From: Eledone cirrhosa
Lineage: Eukaryota
DNA: 64,000 bases
Reading direction: 5' to 3'
Assembly: GCA_964016885.1 (NCBI GenBank)
Contig: OZ024740.1
Location: forward strand, 207,824,001 to 207,888,000
The notes under the pieces: generated by a model
What the model was told of the DNA's origin: nothing
What the model saw: only the letters and a program-made list of their open reading frames with translations
Databases searched by the model: none
Shown here: positions 56,601-64,000 of the stretch, one piece after another
Layout of the letters: every line of letters starts with the position of its first letter
Numbering within the stretch: the stretch's first letter is position 1
Program-made: the position numbers and the translations under genes

Positions 56601-57728
56601 AGGCTATACTTCTCACGCAAGGAAGGTGGCCGGGGTCTAAAATCAATATTAACAACATATGAGACCCGGATAGTGACACTGAAGCAACACCTTCAACAGA
56701 GGAAAAAGGTTGGCAACCATCTTGCCCAGGTTTATGACCATGAAAAAAGAAATATCATTAGAATAGCGACTGATCTGGAGGAGAGATATGGAATAAAGCC
56801 CGATATAAATCTCTCACCCAGAGAAATCGGAAGATCCTATTCAATGTTCAAACAAGATGAAAAAATTGACCAATTTACAGAAAAAGTTGTGCATGGATAC
56901 TTGAGGCGTAAAACACAGACCATAGAGGGGATAAACCACTCAAAAAGCCTGGCATGGAGTTCCGACAAGTTTATGACATCACACCTTGAGGGATATCTCT
57001 ATGCAATACAGGAACAAGAACTCCCTACCAAATATCTGCTGCACAAAAGAGGAGGGCCAGCAGCTGACAATAAATGTAGGCTATGTAAAACAAAGATCGA
57101 GGATGTAAGCCACATTGTTGCCAGCTGCGAAAGAATGTCATCTCGCTACTACCTCCCCATGAGACACGATGGGATAGCTAGAACCATCTGGAACGCACTT
57201 CGGAAAACAAAATTAACAACAAACGAGGAAGAATATATTGAGACAGATGGCACTAAGGAATACTGGTGGAACCTGAAAATAAAAACTGCCACCAGATTAA
57301 AGCACAACCGGCCTGATATTGTAGTTTGGGACCACACATTGAAAACGTGTTCTGTTGTGGAGATCAGCTGCCCACTTGATGTAAACGTTGTCAGAAAAAT
57401 ACAGGAGAAGGAGGACATCTACGGACCATTGATGAGGAGTTTACAAATCCAGTATCCAAAATACACCTTTAGCTTCATACCCGTCATTATTGGTGCTACG
57501 GGTTATATACCAACCCGCTTGGACCAAAGTATGATTGAACTTGGATTTGCGGACAAAAAGCGCAGCTCCCTAATTCATAGTCTACAAATAGCTGCGATAG
57601 CTGGCACCTTCAAAATTTGCAAAACATTCTTGCGATTCAAGGGATGACAATTTCTTTTCTTTTACAACCTTGCCACCAGGAAGGTGGCCGGTCAAAAAAA
57701 TATACTCAAAATTAAGAGAAAGAGAAAA
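53699..57728 (+). mobile_element. Apparently full-length R4/Dong-clade non-LTR retrotransposon (family A)
   Basis: About 440-bp 5'UTR, intact ORF, about 80-bp 3'UTR with a gccacc/ggtggc hairpin, (CATA)n on both sides. Confidence 0.93.
54138..57647 (+). CDS. 1169-aa R4/Dong polyprotein: Myb-like N-terminus, reverse transcriptase, CCHC knuckle, restriction-like endonuclease
   Basis: QWTYEFN...LW..KHP (Myb-like); NYRPIAC, LDYQKAFDSVPH, GIFQGDSLS, FVDD; CRLCKTKIEDVSHIVASC; RHD..RPDIVV..VEISCP..K..Y. Confidence 0.96.
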   Translation: MAKSTSLLRPNRNYNRCTQWTYEFNNVLYEAYKQSEPQKFGFMQRLKTLWNSKHPELDFSPKHLNEQAKRIIRCKLIHLTESSDTTNTALVDNHPTSTDRQREWPAKSNSEQLTNNFAEIHPTSTEEQRERSADSSSNCHHINNEAEIHDSTEQTEHQKLVGSLQVIWNDMFQEIHSLNVSDRPYNTRVSKEPTKLELEAVNEIAGNYLKAIRSKGVETTFETLNVLLYVSAVTLLAYNTHLKPRNQDTNRKPEPAWMRNLKTKILSLRRSISHIAVVMKCNIESNFTQHQEDLKKKLERRFGDTKFKTLNSKLHQLKQQLTATTERLKYKSTAHKRQVLNRLFARDPKSVYRSFGGKSSISVNDTPSKEQVESYWRSVWETDDGFNRQANWLKELEQDYCQHVQTKQYDIDGSILETALQKMSNRKSPGPDLITGYWLKNFTFYRQDLIRLFTETIKGTQELPRWLSTASTLLIPKNSQTTLAKNYRPIACQNIMYKLYTGCLNLFLQDHCATNNIITPEQAGGNREVWGCIDHLLTNKMIQKKTTKNRRNMTVVWLDYQKAFDSVPHGWIVKALQLAKVPQPLVAAVERLTKNWYTSLILRGEKEQVRTDKIHYQKGIFQGDSLSVLLFVLSLNPLSYLLRKQGRQRSGTRSISHLFFVDDLKLYGPNINDIKKQLDLITQFSTDIKMKFGESKCAYLAVKRGRAVPSSRNLEMNGLTIQPLQSGDNYRYLGQDENVRYDGPINKEKTRTEYLRRVKKIWSSELSAYNKYIAHNTYAVPILTPTFGLLNWSLQELSEMDVRTRKLLSVTGNFNINGDVDRLYFSRKEGGRGLKSILTTYETRIVTLKQHLQQRKKVGNHLAQVYDHEKRNIIRIATDLEERYGIKPDINLSPREIGRSYSMFKQDEKIDQFTEKVVHGYLRRKTQTIEGINHSKSLAWSSDKFMTSHLEGYLYAIQEQELPTKYLLHKRGGPAADNKCRLCKTKIEDVSHIVASCERMSSRYYLPMRHDGIARTIWNALRKTKLTTNEEEYIETDGTKEYWWNLKIKTATRLKHNRPDIVVWDHTLKTCSVVEISCPLDVNVVRKIQEKEDIYGPLMRSLQIQYPKYTFSFIPVIIGATGYIPTRLDQSMIELGFADKKRSSLIHSLQIAAIAGTFKICKTFLRFKG

Positions 57729-58009
57729 CATACATACATACATAATATATACTCATAAGTGTCTTGTAGAAAGCTAGATAATCTAAAGACGGCAGAAGGC
57801 CTGCCAGAATAGATTATCTTCATCATCACACTGCCTGCACTTCCTGTCTACACACGCATGTGTAGAGTAAAGAGCCAGTTGGCGGAGGACACCCCCCCCC
57901 CCACTCTATGGTAGACGGTGATTCCCTATGCTGTCACACATTCCAGATTTTAACGATGTACGATCACTTCTTCTCTACACCTGCTTCTCTTTATGTTCTG
58001 TCATCCCCT

Positions 58010-58322
58010 CCCTCGCCATCGCCACCGCCGTCGTCTTCATCAAATATCCTCGTCTACCTCTTCTTCTTCCACCACCTCCTCCTCCTCTTCCTCCTAGTCA
58101 TCATCATCGTCATCGTCATCATCTTCATAATCATCATCATCATCGTCGTCGTCATAGTCATCATCATCATCATCATCAACGTCGTCGTCGTCATCATCAT
58201 CATCAACGTCATCCTCATCATCGTCATCAACGTCATCATCATCATCGTCATCATCATCATCGTCATCATCATCGTCGTCGTCGTCATCGTCATCATCATC
58301 ATCATCATCATCATCGTCGTCG

Positions 58323-58369
<47 letters not shown>

Positions 58370-58695
58370 GTCATCGTCGTCCTCATCATCATCATCATCA
58401 TCATCATCATCGTCATCATTGTCGTCATCATCATCATCATCATCATAATCACCATCATCATTATTATCATCGTCACTACAGTCATTATTATTTCCATCAT
58501 AAATCATCACCATCAATATCATCGTTGACATCACCATAGTCATCGTAATATTTCGATTTCCACTCTTCATTATCAACATCATCATCATCGTCAGTAGCAG
58601 CAGCAACACCGTCTTCATCATCATCATCATCATCATCAATAGCAACCATCTAATCATCATCCTCATCATCATTACCATCATCACCATCGTCATCA
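58010..58695. repeat. (CAT/CGT)n microsatellite
   Basis: Directly visible. Confidence 0.95.
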
Positions 58696-58821
58696 TATGT
58701 GACGGGTTAGTTAGTGTACCGGGCAACAACAATGAAGTGTACATTGTGTGATGTACTTCTAGATACACAATGTCAGAAAAACACTGGATGGTCATCATCA
58801 ACAACAGGCAAAGACACATTA

Positions 58822-59490
58822 GATAATTGTTTCTACTTTTGGCACAAGGCCAGCAATTATCCAGTACATTACTGGTACTTTATTTTATCGACCCCGTAAG
58901 GATGAAAGGCAAAGTTAACCTCAGCGGGATTTGAACTCAGATCATAAAGGGCCGTAACTCTATGCTGCAAAGCATGGTGTCCGACTGTCTACCGATATTG
59001 CCAATCCCCCGCCCTAAGACACATTAGATAATGTTGTCCTTGATACACTGTCTGAAGAAAAACTCGAAGGTCAATGACAACAGAGAACTCATTTGGTAAT
59101 CTACTCTGAGATACACTAAGTTTACCATCCTCCAGGGAAACGCCTTCTCCATTCTGTCCGCCGGGGTTGTGAGGAAGCCAAAACGTGGGATACCATTTGC
59201 TCACTCTACAGAGAGATGGGGAAGGCGACAGAGATGGAGGCGATGACAGTGGGAGTTCGGCTCTACCACGATCGGACCATATCGTTGTGGTTGTGTTCAT
59301 TATCTGTGAATTGGCAGTATCGGTAGAGGGTCGGACGCAGTGCTTTCCAGAAGCGAGTTACGCCCTATATGGTCTGAGTTCAAATCCCGCCGAGGTTAAC
59401 TTTGCCTTTCATCCTTACGAGGTCGATAAAATTAAGTACTAGTAATGCACTGGGATAATTGCTGGCCTTGTGCCAATAGTAGAAACAATT
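58822..59490. mobile_element. Two divergently oriented SINE copies (58822-59010 minus; 59305-59490 plus) around a dispersed repeat also at 14590-14730 and 30855-30940
   Basis: Family motifs as above; shared gagatgggga(a/g)..gcga.agaga.gg.ggc..tgaca segment. Confidence 0.8.
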
Positions 59491-60251
59491 ATCTATAGCG
59501 AGTCAGATGTGTTACCCTTTCAGCTGGTCAGTAGTTTAGCAACAACTAGTTTGAATGATCAATGACAACAGTGATGGACACGTTAGATAATGTAGTCCTA
59601 GATACACTGTGTCTGATGAAAGAGTGAATGGTCACCGATGACATGGAAGGACGCATTAGTTAATGTATTAACGGACACGCTATATTTAATGAAAGCTACG
59701 ATAGTCACCGAGTACAATGATGGATACATTAGATAATGTAGTCTTAGTACGACTCCGTCTCATCCTGGGGTGGAGAGGCGAGAGGTGGTTTTAACAACAG
59801 ATCATTTTGTCCTGTTACTAGAGCTTTCAAAATCATTAATAAAGTAGGAAGGGATTATAAATCCTCGGACCACTGGAGTAATGTGAAAATAAAGACTTTT
59901 GTTCAAGGAGACAATGTGCCACCTGGAATCGAACTCACTATCTTACGATCTTGAACCGGACAACCTAACCACTCAGCAACACGCCTCCACACTATGACTA
60001 ATAAAAGATCGGGTGCTCATCACCCACAATAATGAACGACACAGAAGGTAATGAATTCCAACATACACAATGTCTGAAAAAAAAAGACTAAATATCAAGG
60101 GTCGATTTAGAGATAACATTAAAAACAGCTACAGGAACAATAAAAACACCATTAACCACAAAGCAACTACTACTACGATTACTACCACCGCCAACACCAC
60201 CACCACACCACCACCCACTACAACAACAACAACAACAAAAACAACAACAAT

Positions 60252-60283
<32 letters not shown>

Positions 60284-60507
60284 CAACACAACATTCGCAC
60301 CATAATCACTCACAGAACTTTCAAAAGGATCAAAATCAAACATGGCGATTAAATAACTACAAAGTAATCACGTGATCTTCACGTGTGGGTGAATGGAATG
60401 TACTACTCGGTGTTGAAGAGAACACAAGACAATATGGTGGAAGTGATAGTTGTTTAAAACAAATGATTATGACAAAGATTACACAGTTGTGTGTCGATAC
60501 ACTCACA

Positions 60508-60638
<131 letters not shown>

Positions 60639-60699
60639 TTTTTGGGGGGTGGGGCTGGGGGGGATTTTGCTTGTCTGTACTGGACCTTTTTTCTGTTTC

Positions 60700-61775
60700 T
60701 CCATTGTGATCCTGTTTCTATTTTGTACTTCTTAAAAAGGGCTTAAGCCGGATACGTTGAACTTTCTTTCCTTTTTCCAATATAAAGCGTGAAATTAAAA
60801 AGACTTTTGTACCACTGTTTGTTGTCTCCTGCCTCTCATCCTTGTTCCCGTTCCCGCTGCAACACTTGTCCCTTCATTTCCATCCTCACCACTCTTACAG
60901 GCCCTAACGGGTCTTTCCGTATCCGCCACTCTTTCACCTGCACATCCACCCACGTTGTCTATGCCCTCCGGTGTTCCCTTTGCGGGTCTGTATATATCGA
61001 ACAAACGGGACGCCGTATGGTGGACCGTTTTGCCGAGCATTTAAGGGACATACCACTCGGTTTGAATACTCCTGTCGCCCGTCATTTCTGTTCTCCTGGT
61101 CATTCTTCCCTACATGGATCAGGCCTCACGCACCAGGACTGAACAAAGTCTGATTCACCGTCTTGGGCCCTATTCCCTTTTTGGACTCAACTCACCTCCC
61201 CAATTTCTGTAATATCCCGTCCATTATCACACCCTTAGATTCCTATCGCTTTCTCTTGATCATTAACATCTTCTGTTACAACCAATACAGGCCGACTATA
61301 TATGCTCACTCCACTTTTCCCTTCACCCTTATATTAACATACTTTTGCTCATAGCTTCGTACTTACATGCACACACACTCTTTTACTCACATATACACAC
61401 ACATTTCTTCTTAGCTACGTACGGACGTATAATAACACACACACACACACACATACATGCTTACGCACGTGTACAAGTATAGCTCTTTTTACAAAACGTT
61501 TTTTTTTTCTAAAAAATAAATCATGCACAAAACGCCAGCACCCACAGTTTTGCAAGAGATGTCAACATGAATGGACCTGTTATTTTTATCTAAAGACATA
61601 TTTTCCAATTCCAACCCACCCGTCCCCCCAATCTATCTTATTTCTCATTCATTCTTCTGATGAAGGACTAGCGTCCGAAACGTTAAGACCCTCTTCCTGC
61701 TATATCAAGCGTTAACCTAATATATCCCTTCTATATACTGTACCGATTGTGTTGTTATTTCTGTTTACCTTTTAC
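60700..61775 (+). mobile_element. Neptune-type Penelope-like element fragment (Cys-rich linker plus GIY-YIG) with pLTRs
   Basis: CSRSRCNTC...FTCTS..VVY..RCSLC..VYIxQTGR....RF.EH...PVARHF; degenerate hammerhead at about 60735 and an intact one at 61653. Confidence 0.85.
61653..61688 (+). ncRNA. Minimal hammerhead ribozyme
   Basis: tctt-CTGATGA-a-ggac-tagc-gtcc-GAAACGTT-aaga; stems I and II are perfect and stem III is palindromic AACGTT. Confidence 0.8.
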
Positions 61776-61820
61776 ACACACACACACACACGCACACAAA
61801 CACACACACTAACACACATA

Positions 61821-61903
<83 letters not shown>

Positions 61904-62963
61904 GTGCGCGTGTGTGTTGTAAATAGTCGTTACGACTATCGTCTTGTCCTTTGTCCATTTGTTACTTTCCTTTGTACACTAGAGCTAGTTGTATCGCTCT
62001 TAAAGAACTGAAACAACATTTCCCTAGCGATCGACTAAGATGGGACTTCTGTATTCACTAATTTCCCTGTTTTTGCCCTTATTTTTTATTCATGCGTATG
62101 TTTTAACCTCGGAGGACAGAGTGTGGGTATGCCTGAGTTTATGTTTGTGTGTGTGTGTGCATGTGTGTGTGTGTGACTGCAACTCAGCATGGCTACTCTC
62201 CATCATTAATGTTTTAGTCGATCATATCTAAACCCCCATTACTTATTTCAGCAGGGCACTTATGTTTTCGACGTTTATCTGTCAAAATGCCGCAATTTCT
62301 TCGGACCTACATCACTGTTTTAGTCTTAGAAGGCTCAAACCGTCTTGTTTTTTATGTTGGTATTTAAAAACCATATTAGCGGGTGGTTTCAAAATTAAAT
62401 GCGATCGAAGTGTTCTCTGCCTTTCTAGCTACTGTCCTTCAAAAGGAACAGGCATCTGTTTTCCATCTTATGCATGCTAGAATCTACTATAGTAATATTT
62501 CCCACGGATAGTACGAGGTAGTTTATATTCTGTTGCGACATTATACTTTTTATAGGAAGATAGGTAATTCGTTTTGGACAGCTTTGCGCAGCTGTTACTG
62601 ATATTATCAATTTCGTTCACATTTTTCTGAAAGAGCAGACGACAGTTTTATAGCACTGCTTTTATTTGTTGGAATCTTATTTAAACTAACTCAACTTCCT
62701 GCTTTATCTCTCATTCACTTTTTTCCTCACTGTCCTTTTAAGCTCACACTCCCACATATTTTGTGTTCGAAACGAGCGATCGTAGTCAAACAAAAGTGAA
62801 AAATAATTCCCTGTTAAAAAACAAAGTATTGTATAAATAAATGTATTTATATTCCTACAACATGGCCAGAATATTTGAACAAGGCGTGTATTCACTAATT
62901 TTCTCTGATAGAGCCTAGCGACTATTTGCATTGCAGAAACATCGGGACTTTTATATATATACA

Positions 62964-63084
<121 letters not shown>

Positions 63085-63249
63085 GTGTGTGTGTGTTGAT
63101 TTAAAACTGCACTATTCACAAGTGTATTTTAACCTTCATATCATGTCTTCCTATTTTATCTGACGAAAACATAAATGTTATTGCATGATGATATTTGTTT
63201 TTGAAATGCGCATAATAATATACATGGAACTCTTTTAACCATCTTTTGA

Positions 63250-63353
<104 letters not shown>

Positions 63354-63366
63354 TATATATATTTCA

Positions 63367-63889
63367 GATCACTCTCGAATGCTACTGGTAACATGTAACC
63401 CAGTACAACCTGTCTCATGGTCGGGTGGTCGGCGACTAAAGCGGCAACCCCACCAAGCTTGCTTGGTAAGGAGGATGATATTTGGACACCCTGCGAGATG
63501 AAATACAAGACTCGGCAAAGGGCGAAGGAACTCATCAGAGTCAACGGCCATTCAAATAGTACCTTTTTTGTTCTTTTCACCAAGGAGTGAAAGACCCTCA
63601 GTTGTTATTACAACACCTTTCTAAGAGAGGTAAACTCTGACAAAAACCTGCGGCTTCGGAAACATCCGATGATGTTGACCAGTTCCCTATTTCGAGTAGT
63701 GTTTTCGATGTTCAGAGTGTAAAATTGGTCGAGTGCAAGTCCTTTCCCCACTTAAAAAACCTTCAAAGCACAGGTATTGCTTGTTCGGGATATGTCACAG
63801 GTTCGTGTGGCTGGCTGTAGTCTAAAGGTCCACCATTTTCTGTAATCTGACAAGCAATTGCAATACTCTTAGAAGAGTTTGCAGTCACC
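63367..63889 (+). mobile_element. Short non-autonomous RTE derivative
   Basis: The last 44 nt match the RTE 3' end at 33127-33170 (39/44); structured GC-richer 5' part; (TA)n on both sides. Confidence 0.65.
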
Positions 63890-63896
63890 ATATATA

Positions 63897-63970
<74 letters not shown>

Positions 63971-64000
63971 ATTTGGGGAGTCATATTGTTATGATATTGC

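Noticed and set aside
57908-58819. Poly-His/Ile/Asp/Met ORFs
   Set aside because: (CAT)n microsatellite open in several frames.

Overview
This is a eukaryotic, repeat-saturated window with no confidently identifiable host gene. The tRNA-derived SINEs, Dong/R4 and RTE LINEs and dense (TA)n/(CA)n/(CATA)n microsatellites suggest an octopod cephalopod (inference). The main feature is a cluster at about 43.6-57.7 kb of five co-oriented R4/Dong-clade RLE retrotransposon copies from two families. Every copy ends in a (CATA)n tract, and one copy is intact (1169-aa ORF, 54138-57647: Myb-like, RT, CCHC, RLE). The abundant SINE shares a 3' motif with one R4 family and stacks head-to-tail at (TAA)n. Also present: two Tx1/L1-like LINEs at (TAA)n, several RTE LINEs (one with a twin-priming inversion, one with three C2H2 fingers), a CRE-clade fragment, Penelope-like fragments with minimal hammerhead ribozymes, a candidate HDV-like ribozyme-headed RTE derivative, recurrent fold-back inverted repeats at (TA)n, MITEs, a Helitron-like element and three minisatellites. 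Most listed ORFs are microsatellite translation artefacts. Coordinates of degenerate elements are approximate, and family assignments come from motif recognition, not database searches.
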